A DNA stretch of 62,986 nt, filler included, from Octopus bimaculoides (lineage: Eukaryota), in the NCBI RefSeq assembly GCF_001194135.2. It is 6 parts of 5 records of this genome, joined end to end, with 100 filler letters (N's around TTAATTAATTAA, not from the genome) between each part and the next. Parts side by side here need not be neighbours in the genome. Positions count along the whole stretch, not along the records: positions 50,600 to 55,622 come from NC_068990.1; positions 55,723 to 61,274 come from NW_026407018.1; positions 61,375 to 62,986 come from NW_026376219.1; 3 more parts are not named here. The stretch is one strand, 5' to 3'. The notes beneath the pieces were generated by a model. It did no database searches. It saw nothing but the letters and a program-made list of their open reading frames with translations, and was not told where the DNA came from. Each line of letters opens with the position of its first letter. Position 1 is the first letter of the stretch. A program made the position numbers and the translations under genes. Shown one piece after another: positions 51,320 through 62,986 of the stretch.

Positions 51320-54300
51320 TACACACACATATATACATGTCTATATAGAAAAACACAGACAAGCGCGCACACTCACACTCACACACACATTCGCTCACAT
51401 ACACATATTTATAAAGAAAGGACCGCCCCGGCTGGATCACTTATGATTATAGACGTACTCAATCAAGGTAGCTGTAGGGTTGATTATATAGCATCTACAC
51501 CATATTAAGTTTTATTGTGTCGAAATACAATACTTTGTTGTAATATAATAACTTTATAAAGTGATATAACAGCTTCAAGCTAGAAAAGCCAGACAGCATT
51601 GATACGAAGATACATCAGATGAGTATTCAACATCATTTCTGTTGATGATTTTTCTTCTTTTTGTCGTGACACATGTCAAAATATTCGTCATCAAAAGGAA
51701 TAGTTTATTGAATTAACAATGCTGCATTCACAACATATATTTGCCTCAAGGCACAAACGGCAACTTAATCGTCTCAACTCTGTCATTTACAACTGTAATA
51801 TTTATGTTTGTACATATATACGTATAAGAAATTTTAAACTTTATTTTAACGTGTAGATCTCTAACTCTGCATCCCGAGAAATACAGTCAAGATCAGTCTC
51901 AGAGAATAATGGTACAAAACGATCACACAGTGGAATAAATAATGTCGTTAGGAAGAAGTGACGTCTAACGTTTGAGATGTAGTTCTTTTCTTCTGAGCTA
52001 ATATATTTGTGGGTTCGATACTAGTCAAGTACATATGTGAATTTACGTTGCAAAACATAGTACAGGGACTATACATTACTGCTGAAATCATAGTGCGTTA
52101 TTAGTATCTGCAAAAGATACCCAACGTGTGGCCGTTCGGTGATACTGATGTTTCGGTTTAAGTTTCCCTAAATCATACATTGCATCTTGAAAAACGACAT
52201 TGGCCAATTCAGTTATTGATACACTAAATAAGAAACGGGACAAGGTAATCATAGATCTGCTCGATCAGAGCTAGGGACTGAACAGCTATAACAAGAATAA
52301 CTACACCTTATTCATTTTATTGTTTTCGTCCCTAAAACATTGGAAGTGAAAGTTAACGCCAACAAAACACGATAATGTCTGTTTAAAAATATATATTAAA
52401 ACTCTTTATGTTGCTTTTGCACAACGCTAACGGAGTCCTGTATCAGCAGATCTAGGATCATAGATATTTCAGAATTAGGTATCAAGTCTGGTTTATAAGC
52501 GCAACAGACTCAGACCGCATTTCAAAATTGTAATTTTCAAAGACAAAATGGTGTTATTTGAGGGTAATTTAATTACTTGTTTTCGTATTTTTATGCGTTG
52601 AAAACTGGTGAAAAGATTTCTTCATTCACGTGCCAATGGAAAATTGCTAGAGATATTGGAGTGTTCTATAGAAAGCTTTGTGGTAGTTGTGCTGAGACAC
52701 AGCGTTCTGATTTCAAATCCCGTCGAGGCCGACTTTGCCATTTGCTTTTCCAGAATCGGAAATCCCGTAGTAATCCAGGGCAGTAAATTGGTAGAATAGG
52801 TTAGAAATGTTTTGAGGTATTCGACGTGGAATTTTTGCATTCTGTATTGAATTATCGTCGATACATGCTTCCGTTGTAGGCTTGTTCTGTCGATCGCTTT
52901 GATACCATCACCTAGCTCCTTAAGTGCTATTAACAGAATCTACTTTGTTGCAAAACATTTGGGCTAGGTCTTCACTTTGAAGCTGCCTCCTTTCCTCCCA
53001 CCCACTACCATCGGAGGTTCTATGGCACTGTTCTCCTTCTTGACTAAAGAAAATATAAAAAGCTATATTTGTCTTTTTTTAAATGCCGTTTCTATCAACT
53101 AATCATCATCAATAATCGATTGTAAAAAAGCAATTTTTACGACAAACTTAAATTGAAAGAATTATTAATTCAGAAGATTACTTGATCCATAAGGAGCTGT
53201 AACTTTCAGAAGAAAGAAAGAACGACAATTATATGAGGAATAATTTTCAAAATTCATTTATCAGAGTAAAAAACTGTCAAAATTTAATTAAAAAATGTTT
53301 TAATTTTAAATAATAAAACATATAATAAATGGATTTGTCATAAACAATGATGGTGATGTCATAAGTATGACATTTAATAATGGTTAAAACAATAAACCAA
53401 TTGCAAGTTTTGACAAATGAAGTTAAGTTTTAAATTCTTTATGGAAAATGAAATTAATTCACACAAATATATATATACGTGCGCATGCACTCACACACAT
53501 ATTTGAAATATATGATATACTCCATTAAGGAAAATGCGTCATTACTTCAAGTTTCATGCTTAAATAATTCTAAGCAATCATTACAAAACAAGCATCATTC
53601 TGTTAATGACTTATTAGCAAAATACGTGTTAATAACATATCAAGCTACCAGAAATGCATTTTTAGTTAAAATTTATAGGAGGCGTAACTCACTGTAACTT
53701 AATATATTCGTATGCAGCTGATTTCTTGATCAAGTAGAAGAACCTTGATTGACACAGACCATACAAAACCGGCACATATAGGGGAAAAATCCTATCGGTA
53801 GCAAGAACGTCATATTCAAAAGTTTAATAAGTTCGCAAATTATCAAAATGTTACAGTAAAAATATTTACTAAACGCCGCCACATCGACAACTACCTACTG
53901 AAAGAGTGGATCAAATCAGATACCTCCTGATATAATGGAACTATCTTTACCTTTCTGCTAGCAACAGTCGAACATTCCTTTTGACAGATATGCCTTATCT
54001 CATTACATGTTTTAAAATAATATCATCTATGATAGTTCTGACTCTATTTTCCTACGCTCATTTCAATATATCGGAGTGGTTCTATACATAACTATTCGCC
54101 AAAAAACATTCACTCTGATTTCCCTTTCAAATTTAACCCACTATAGCTACTTCTGACCTTAGACATTCAATAGTTATTTCCGTATGGCTTTTTTTTTGTT
54201 TCTTTTCACTCTCCCAGCTAAGTTTTACATATTTCTATGTTCTTTGCATTTTCTAAACATTTCGTTCGTTTCAACGTCTTTCTAGTGAACGAAAAGAAGG

Positions 54301-54686
54301 ACAAAAAAAAAAGAAGACTATGCAAAACTATTATGTAATGATTTATGCGTCTTACAACTTTTAGCCCGGAACACATTACTGAAAACTCCATATGAAAGCA
54401 AAATGTATCTTGCAGATATGCTGCTGAAGATAATGCTGATGGTAAAGGTTAATGCGATAGACTTGCGCATGATGATAACGACGATGGTCATGATGCGGAT
54501 GGTGATAATGATAGCCATGGCAATGATCATGATCATGTTCATGATAAAGTGAACGATGACTGGGATGACGTGAGAAAGTAAAATAAAAACAAAACATCGT
54601 GGATGTATTGACTATAATCCAATTCTGTTTCAGTTTGTTTGCCATAATAATGAATCATATTTTTATTGGCATTTAAGAAGAATTAT

Positions 54687-54719
<33 letters not shown>

Positions 54720-54729
54720 NNNNNNNNNN

Positions 54730-54778
<49 letters not shown>

Positions 54779-55558
54779 GCGAGGGGGGTTATATATGTAG
54801 ACTAAACGATGAATCGAATTCAGTAGAAAAAGAAATTAAATGTTCGTGGTTTTATGAAATGACAATACCAGCGCAAGCTAAGTGTTATGACTTTAACAGC
54901 GAATTGTGACGTCATTTTCAGCCTTGTCTAGTTCTTTCTCTACACTATATAACGGGAATAAAAGTAGGCGCCATTACGTGAGCATCCGAACTGTCAAAAA
55001 TAACAGCCAAAGTTCCCTCAATTCATATCGTACCAATCTTATACAAAGGAAAGAAATGATTGATAATGTGCTATTGAGTACGGTTTATGAAAATAATCGA
55101 AAATGGTCGTGTCTGTATCGCATTTGTTCATAAATGGATTTGATTGGTCTAGATTGGTCAGTTGGAAACTGCACGACAGAAGTACCATACATTAGCTCAA
55201 ATTCTTTGAGAAACAAGACTAGACATTTTGGGAATAGAGCAAACATCAATTAAATAGACTCACTATTATTTTCTAATTAATTTAATGATAGTCACTGGAC
55301 ACATGAAAAAGCATAAACTAAAAGACATCACTAAACTCTACTAGACATATATTCTAGCACTGGTGCATTCTCGACTAGTCCTCCATCACACCATTCTTAA
55401 TAATTTTAAAATATTGGTTTTGTATTCATGACTTTACTTTCATAGTATGTACCTTACTGATTTAACGATAGCAAACGTAATTTCTCCCTCTCTCTCACAC
55501 ACACACACTCCCTCTGTATATATACATACATACACACACATACATATGTATACATGCA

Positions 55559-55619
<61 letters not shown>

Positions 55620-56095
55620 ATANNNNNNNNNNNNNNNNNNNNNNNNNNNNNNNNNNNNNNNNNNNNTTAATTAATTAANNNNNNNNNNNNNNNNNNNNNN
55701 NNNNNNNNNNNNNNNNNNNNNNCGTGTGTTCTGCATTAATCAACAAGTGTTATATTTGCTGATTTGCATATTTAAAAAAATGATTTTGAATTTACTCAGA
55801 ATGTCTGCTTTGACTAAATCAGAGCAAAACAACGATGTTTTACGATTCTATTTTGTCGTTTCTGAACGAGTCTCTTAAGAGACGTTTTGACGAGACTAAA
55901 CTCAAAACAACGGTTGTTTTTAGTTTGTAGATACATCCTAAACTGTATACACACACGCACATACATGCATATACATATGTACATATACTCAGCCATTTGT
56001 AGCTGTGTTTTATTAGTATGAATACGAAAAAGGCAACAATGAATACAAGCATTTAGTCTGCTGGAGAAAAGCAAATTTCCGCTTTGGTTCCATAC

Positions 56096-56248
56096 CCTAT
56101 ATAGCTTATCATCCTTCATGGATAAAAACGAAATCCTTGAAACATTAGACCGTTCTTCGGTTCTCAGAAATTTTAATAAACTCTTTGGTAATGTAATGAA
56201 ATCAAACCAATCCTTTACTTGTGAGTCTGACTGTGGGTTGTTATATAT
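56096..56248 (-). CDS. Adhesion GPCR ectodomain, exon D (GAIN subdomain B)
   Basis: Long polypyrimidine tract plus ccattag| and donor |gtatgg; 153 nt, phase 0-0; IYNNPQSDSQVKDWFDFITLPKSLLKFLRTEERSNVSRISFLSMKDDKLYR. I-x-LP-x-SL followed by R-I-x-F...D-x-KL-Y resembles the GAIN-B strands. Confidence 0.85.
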
Positions 56249-58136
56249 CTAATGGAAGAAAATGAAAGAAAAAGAAATGAAATTGATTAATAAAATAATA
56301 CCACTACATTTGAATGATGCTGAAGTTATAAAGTCTCATAGACCTTCGTATATCAAATCATTCTGCTTTGGAATAATGTTTCTCGGAGCACATAAATATT
56401 GGGTTGAAAGGTCTGTTGGATAGAAAATGTTCTATGGACAATTTTATGACGTGGGTATAACGTCTGGTGTAAATTGGTATTACACAAATAAATAGTTGGT
56501 TGTGGTTTTCTAAATATAAAACTATCGCAGAAATATATCTGAACACAGAAGGCAATGCGTAGTAGTTACGATACTCAGCACTCACTGTTCAACTACCGAC
56601 TGTTAAACCAACACACGTCGCACAAACATGGTAACCAATATGATCGGACTAACACCGTCAACTACTATTTCTTTTATTTGGCACACAGGCCATGACACAG
56701 ACGGGACAGCACAAGGACAGACAGAACACCACAGTGGGGACAAAAAACACAAAACGAACGAATGAAGGATGAATAAAATTAATGATGAAGAAATGTTCCC
56801 TGTCACCTCCTCTGGTGGCATCAGCTTCAATTTTGTACCTTCTTTCTTTAACAAATTTCTGCTGCTCCTTGCTGCCTCTGAGTCTATAGTCACTTCTCTG
56901 ATTTCCGTCTATTTTACTGTTTCGACAATATTTCCCATGCCCGATACTACAGCGTAGCTGCCGACATGCGCATGTACTTCATTGTATGCAGTAATTTTTG
57001 CCCCCACTAGAGGAGCAAAAAGAAAACAAAAGCGAACAATTCAAACAATCAGCAACAACAGGCAACTTCTCTAGGGAGGACCTTCAACAAAGGATGATTA
57101 TCCGTGACAGTAGAATTTCAATTGTGAACGATACAATTCAAAATGTTAAGGCTACAGATTAGCAAGAAAGCTAAAATAATAATATCGTTTATACTTTAGG
57201 TACAAAGCTCGAAGTTTGTCTAGTTGACTGCATCAATGCCATTTCTCTGAAGAATCTGAACTTAGAGTGTAAAGACGGACGAAATGCTGCTACGCATTTT
57301 GTCCGGCGTGCTGACTGTTCCTATCAATAGCTATCGGTTAGTCCATCTCCAGTCACGTGGAGTGTTCAGCATTCTCCTGTAACAGGCAACCTTGGACCTT
57401 TCCTATCCAAACGGGGATTTTCAATCCAATATTTCGATATAATTCTTTATAACATTATGTCATTTGAGATACTGTCATTATTATTATTATTGTTGTAACT
57501 TCTACTTCTTCCTCGATTACTACACTGCTATACCATTACAATTAACAGAACATCTAAAGGTACCATTATCCCATACAGAAGTAAAAATTGGAGTTTCTAC
57601 GTTGGTCAACTAATTATTGATGTATGCAGCAGTTTTCCGTTTTCTGTCTCAATCTATTGTTCTCGGGTTCCCAGGGGCATGACATAGGGCGAAGTAATGC
57701 TATATTTTTAGATGAATCAAATGAACAGAAAGATAGCGAAAGTCAGTTGTATGTATAAAAGCTTCTATTATTACGTTAGGCTTAAAGTGGGCTGACACGT
57801 AGCACGCCGGACAGAATACGTAGCAGCATTTCGTCCGTTTTTACACTCTAATTTCAGATTCTACAGAGAATTGGCGTTGGTGCAGTCAACTAGACAACTT
57901 CCCCAAAACTTCGAGCTTTGGACCTAAAGTTGAAACGAATATTATTTTAGCTTTATTGCTAATCTGTGCCGCATATATATTGTATTATGTATTTGGATTG
58001 TAAACTGTATCAAGCTTTATACCATACATACTTTATACGATAATAATGATATCATATTTCATTGTAATGTATTTGATCAATTTGGGTGTTTAGAACAAAT
58101 GGTTAGTAAGAAAGTAATCATAAGAAAGTACTGTAC

Positions 58137-58308
58137 CATTGTTTTTGCTTCATCTTCTTTATTTCCAAACGAAATACCATAGGCAGCACCATTGAAAGTG
58201 TCCTTCTCCACTTTCATAGCACCTATACCAAGATTAGAATATACAGCTGTGAGCTGCTGCTCTTCCAGTGGAATCTTTTCTGCGATTGCTTGTATAATGT
58301 CCAGCATT
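58137..58308 (-). CDS. Adhesion GPCR ectodomain, exon C (GAIN A/B junction)
   Basis: Acceptor ctcacag| and donor |gtacag; 172 nt (1+171); MLDIIQAIAEKIPLEEQQLTAVYSNLGIGAMKVEKDTFNGAAYGISFGNKEDEAKTM. Phase 2 in, phase 0 out, matching both neighbours. Confidence 0.85.
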
Positions 58309-58354
58309 CTGTGAGAAAATCAAGAAAATAAATCTCAATTATTCTTTTATTCTT

Positions 58355-58950
58355 CCTTTTATTCTTTTATTTGTTTCAGTAATTTGACTGCGGCCATGCT
58401 GGAGCACCAACTGCAGTCGAACAAATTGGCCCAAGGACTTATTCTTTGCAAACTTAGCAATTATTGTATCGTTCTCTTTTGCCGAACCGCTAAGTTACGG
58501 GGCTGTAAACACACGAACATCGGTTGTCAAGTGATGATATGGTGACAAACATACACACATACACACACATATGTATGTATATATATATATATATNNNNNN
58601 NNNNNNNNNNNNNNNNNNNNNNNNNNNNNNNNNNNNNNNNNNNNNNNNNNNNNNNNNNNNNNNNNNNNNNNNNNNNNNNNNNNNNNNNNNNNNNNNNNNN
58701 NNNNNNNNNNNNNNNNNNNNNNNNNNNNNNNNNNNNNNNNNNNNNNNNNNNNNNNNNNNNNNNNNNNNNNNNNNNNNNNNNNNNNNNNNNNNNNNNNNNN
58801 NNNNNNNNNNNNNNNNNNNNNNNNNNNNNNNNNNNNNNNNNNNNNNNNNNNNNNNNNNNNNNNNNNNNNNNNNNNNNNNAAACCACTCACAAGGCATTGC
58901 CCGGCCCGAGGCTATAGCAGAAGACACTTCCCCAAGATGCCACTCCAACG
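58355..58950 (-). mobile_element. SINE family A in the aGPCR intron, split by a gap in its internal microsatellite
   Basis: 3' body at 58355-58560, 5' part at 58881-58950. Further family A pieces at ~1575-1730, 3024-3075, 18170-18330, 37575-37935, 45935-46045, 49760-49910, 51110-51270. Confidence 0.8.
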
Positions 58951-59057
58951 GACAGTGTATTTCACATACGTAATTTGATATGGGTGTAATAACATTAATT
59001 ATGTGGATGATCGAATCTTTTTTTGCTACTGTTGCTTCTTCTTTTTCTTCTCCCCTT

Positions 59058-59101
<44 letters not shown>

Positions 59102-59283
59102 GCTACTGCTGCTGCTGCTGAGACTGCTTCTGCTGCTTCTGCTGCGAATAGCACCATCACCAACACCACTATTACTATTACTACTTCTATTACTACGACT
59201 GCTGCAGGTGCAGCTAACATTACTACTACTACTAATAATAATAATAATAATAATACTAGTTACAAATGTGATATGAATTTTAC

Positions 59284-59515
59284 CTTTTCCCAGTTCTCTC
59301 TGATTTTCCATCTTCAACCAAAACCTCTTCCGGTGTGTTTATCATATCGTTGATACTAACAAGTATATTGTTCACTGTTATATTGGCGGACACATTCGAT
59401 ATCAATGGCACCATTTTCTCATGAATGTCTACAGCCAAGTCAATATCTTCTGCTTTCAAATACTCTGATTTCTTGGAAATATCGCGGAGTATTGTTGAAA
59501 CCTCCTCAATATTTT
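59284..59515 (-). CDS. Adhesion GPCR ectodomain, exon B (GAIN subdomain A helices)
   Basis: Acceptor tttgcag| and donor |gtaaaa; 232 nt (2+228+2); (E)NIEEVSTILRDISKKSEYLKAEDIDLAVDIHEKMVPLISNVSANITVNNILVSINDMINTPEEVLVEDGKSERTGK(R). Amphipathic helical pattern resembling ADGRG-type GAIN-A. Confidence 0.85.
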
Positions 59516-60202
59516 CTGCAAAAAGAAAATTTTGCATGAATTGTAAGGGAATTTACAGTTGCTTTCAGATGAAATATTAGATGCAAATTTAACGTCACAC
59601 AATTATTAATGAATCAATAGAAGTAAATTAACCACTCCAGATCCATACAGCACAGAGATTGCTAAATGTGTTCAGTTCATTAGTGGTATACTCATTGCTG
59701 TACATCCTTAGGGTCTCCAACTTTGTGGAATTAAATGAAACAGTGGAAGGTGGAGTTACACAACAATATGGGATCTTTTGTTGTTGAATAAGACATACTC
59801 ATGGCGGAAAGTGTTTATAAATAATGTTGAAGACAGCCAATGAGCTGTGATACAGCATCCATCATAAACAGCTGTCAATTTGAACATTACTGTTTAATTA
59901 CAGACTGAACCTAGACGAAAAACAGGCTACAGATATGACACTTCATATTCGTCAGTTTTCTTCATGACCTCAGAGAAATTGAGGTNNNNNNNNNNTCTAT
60001 TGAGCCATTCGATACAGAACTGATGAAATAAGTCGTTTTAACGATATAAAATTAAACTTAAATCTCCTAAGTGATAACTTCTCTCAGTACGTTTTCATAA
60101 GCGATTCTTGTGAAACGCCATTGGAAGAGATGAATAGAAGGGATTTCACGACTTAAATCTTGACATGTAATTTTAAACATGACTATACATAAATAATTAT
60201 GC

Positions 60203-60255
<53 letters not shown>

Positions 60256-60462
60256 NNNNNNNNNNNNNNNNNNNNNNNNNNNNNNNNNNNNNNNNNNNNN
60301 NNNNNNNNNNNNNNNNNNGATAGACATATGCATCTAAGTATGCATATATATATATATATATATATATAGTTGTCGTAATGGAGGACACACGTATATCTCA
60401 CCTACTCTTATTACTACTATATTACTACTAATACTACAGTAAGAGTATTTCGAAACGCTCAC

Positions 60463-60632
60463 CTTTATCAATGCCTGCACTTGTGATGTTCTTTAGTTGT
60501 TGAGTGATCCCTTCTGTATTGTAACACTGAGACATGTCTGGTTTTTGCCAGACACCAGTGAATAGTGAACATTTGGAGGATTTCACATATTGACTTGTTG
60601 GCATTTCGGAATGTACCGCCTCACCAGAAGAA
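60463..60632 (-). CDS. Adhesion GPCR ectodomain, exon A (C-terminal half of a HormR-like domain)
   Basis: Acceptor tttttcag| and donor |gtgagc; 170 nt; reads SSGEAVHSEMPTSQYVKSSKCSLFTGVWQKPDMSQCYNTEGITQQLKNITSAGIDK. The C-x4-G-x-W-x2-PD-x-S-x-C pattern fits the HormR C-terminus of adhesion GPCRs. Phase-1 end matches the next exon. Confidence 0.8.
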
Positions 60633-60921
60633 CTGAAAAATATAAAATATTTCCAGACGTGTTTATGCACTTTTAATCCATCAATATCAGTAGAATGTGT
60701 GATACACTTTGACCACATCGAGATTTGAACTTATAACATAGTGGAAGAAGGATAAATACAGTGAATTCTGCGTTTCCCCGTGTCACATGTTTCAACCTAA
60801 CTGAACTATATGTACAAATTATGCCATTTAAATCCCGAACAACGCTGGGTATGTCTACTAGTATGAGATATATCAAGTTGTTTTCTTTGACCATTTCCGA
60901 AGTCAGGATGAATTGTGACAT

Positions 60922-61274
60922 CAACAGTTTGATCCGGAGACAAAGAAACAACCCATGGATTGGAAACATCCCTCTTCACCTGCTCCAAAGAAGGCCAAGA
61001 TTGTTTCATCTTCCGGAAAGTTTTAGGGGATGCAAAAGACATTGTGTCATTGATTATATTCATAATGCTTACATTATCAGTGGAGTGTATTATGCCATAT
61101 TACTGAGGCAGTCGCACAAAAGGCTATCATGTTAAAAAGCCCAGAAAACTTGACGAAAGGGGTCTTGTTTCATGAGGACAATGCTCCAGCACACAAAGCC
61201 TTTGTTTCTTAGCCCCTTTTTAACTATCGTCTGCTTCCCTAACATGAAAAAATACTTGGTTGAGAAACGGTATC
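60922..61274 (+). mobile_element. Mariner transposase remnant
   Basis: FDPETKKQPMDWKHPSSPAPKKAKIVSSSGK, IDY...ISGVYYAILLRQ, GVLFHEDNAPAHK, across frameshifts and deletions. Confidence 0.85.
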
Positions 61275-61374
61275 NNNNNNNNNNNNNNNNNNNNNNNNNN
61301 NNNNNNNNNNNNNNNNNNTTAATTAATTAANNNNNNNNNNNNNNNNNNNNNNNNNNNNNNNNNNNNNNNNNNNN

Positions 61375-62986
61375 TGAAAACATTATATTTATCATAGAGT
61401 TCATCGAAGTCACAGCCGTTTTCGTAGAACACAAACACAATTTTGCTAAATAACCATGAAAAAGAAAATGCTTATTTCGTGATTTTCAGTCGATTTTAGA
61501 CACTTTTAGGTAGTTTTCATTTTTGCAAAACCACTATTCATTTTGAAGTCTAGATGGTTAATATCAGCTAGATGGTTGTTGATAACATTATACTTATCAA
61601 AGAGATCATCGAAGTCACAACAGTTTTCAGGATACAGACACTCATAAAATTATGCAAAATAACCATGAAAAACCAATAAAACTTGAAAATGCTTATTTCG
61701 TGATTTCCAGTCGGCTTTAGACACTTTTAGGTAGTTTTCATTCTTGCAAAACCACTATTCATTTTGAAGTCTAGATGTTTAATATCAGCTACATGGGTGT
61801 TGGAAACATTATATTTATCATAGAGTTCATCGAAGTCACATCCGTTTTCGGAGAACACAACCTCACAAAATTTTGCTAAATATCCATGAAAAAGAAAATG
61901 TTTATTTAGTGATTTCCAGTCGATTTTAGATACTTTTAGGTAGTTTTCATTCTTGCAAAACCACTATTCATTTTGAAGTCTAGATGGTTAATATCAGCTA
62001 GATGGGTGTTGAAAACATTATATTTATCAAACAGATCATCGAAGTCACAACCGTTTTCAGAAAACTGAAACTCACAAAATTATGCAAAATAACCATGAAA
62101 AAGCAACAAAACTTGAAAATGCTTATTTCGTGATTTCCAGTCGAATTTAGACNNNNNNNNNNNNNNNNNNNNNNNNNNNNNNNNNNNNNNNNNNNNNNNN
62201 NNNNNNNNNNNNNNNNNNNNNNNNNNNNNNNNNNNNNNNNNNNNNNNNNNNNNNNNNNNNNNNNNNNNNNNNNNNNNNNNNNNNNNNNNNNNNNNNNNNN
62301 NNNNNNNNNNNNNNNNNNNNNNNNNNNNNNNNNNNNNNNNNNNNNNNNNNNNNNNNNNNNNNNNNNNNNNNNNNNNNNNNNNNNNNNNNNNNNNNNNNNN
62401 NNNNNNNNNNNNNNNNNNNNNNNNNNNNNNNNNNNNNNNNNNNNNNNNNNNNNNNNNNNNNNNNNNNNNNNNNNNNNNNNNNNNNNNNNNNNNNNNNNNN
62501 NNNNNNNNNNNNNNNNNNNNNNNNNNNNNNNNNNNNNNNNNNNNNNNNNNNNNNNNNNNNNNNNNNNNNNNNNNNNNNNNNNNNNNNNNNNNNNNNNNNN
62601 NNNNNNNNNNNNNNNNNNNNNNNNNNNNNNNNNNNNNNNNNNNNNNNNNNNNNNNNNNNNNNNNNNNNNNNNNNNNNNNNNNNNNNNNNNNNNNNNNNNN
62701 NNNNNNNNNNNNNNNNNNNNNNNNNNNNNNNNNNNNNNNNTCCATGAAAAAGAAAATGTTTATTTAGTGATTTCCAGTCGATTTTAGATACTTTTAGGTA
62801 GTTTTCATTCTTGCAAAACCACTATTCATTTTGAAGTCTAGATGGTTAATATAAGCTACATGGGTGTTGAAAACATTATATTTATCAAACAGATCATCGA
62901 AGTCACAAGCGTTTTCAGAAAACACGATCTCACAATATGTAGCAAATAACCATGAAAAACCAACAAAACTTGAAAATGCTTATTTC
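61375..62986. repeat. Satellite array with alternating ~205-209 bp (A) and ~220 bp (B) monomers
   Basis: Monomer starts at 61375, 61580, 61801, 62010 and 62868; diagnostic A/B differences; runs off the window end. Confidence 0.95.

Noticed and set aside
51690-53050. Minus-strand acceptor-like sites at ~53045 and ~51795 as possible next aGPCR exons
   Set aside because: The phase-0 frame required after exon D hits stops at once; other frames show no GAIN, GPS or 7TM motifs.
54460-54590. His/Asp-rich reading frame HDDNDDGHDAD...
   Set aside because: Looks like a decayed (GAT)n tract; in-frame stops on both sides and no usable splice pair.
56580-57010. Possible solo LTR in the aGPCR intron (AATAAA, mixed composition)
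   Set aside because: No clear TG...CA ends, target-site duplication or second copy.
59590-59930. Exon-like sequence within the aGPCR intron with a ttttcgtctag acceptor
   Set aside because: All three frames stop within 8 codons of the acceptor, and exons A and B already join in phase.

Overview
Repeat-dense, gap-rich eukaryotic DNA. The SINE families and microsatellite load point to a coleoid cephalopod, most likely Octopus (inference from remembered repeat sequences, not a database search). The only host gene I can support is four minus-strand exons (60632->56096). They have canonical GT-AG ends and compatible phases and splice into a stop-free ~242-codon piece of an adhesion-GPCR ectodomain (end of a HormR-like domain plus most of GAIN). 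No GPS or 7TM exons were found in the window. The rest is mobile-element debris: tRNA-derived SINEs (three families), CR1-like, Tx1/L1-like, RTE and R4/Dong-like LINEs, a Penelope-like GIY-YIG element, Helitron pieces, a mariner remnant, a 5S rRNA pseudogene, a 91-bp minisatellite, a ~429-bp dimeric satellite and many microsatellites. The most interesting hidden signal is a set of type-I hammerhead ribozyme motifs of the Penelope-associated kind. Two look intact (35712-35798 and 4637-4682, both minus strand) and several are decayed; helix III is a self-complementary palindrome that differs between families. Five 100-bp gaps carry an artificial TTAATTAATTAA spacer, so order and orientation across them are uncertain. 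Ends of repeat features are approximate unless stated.
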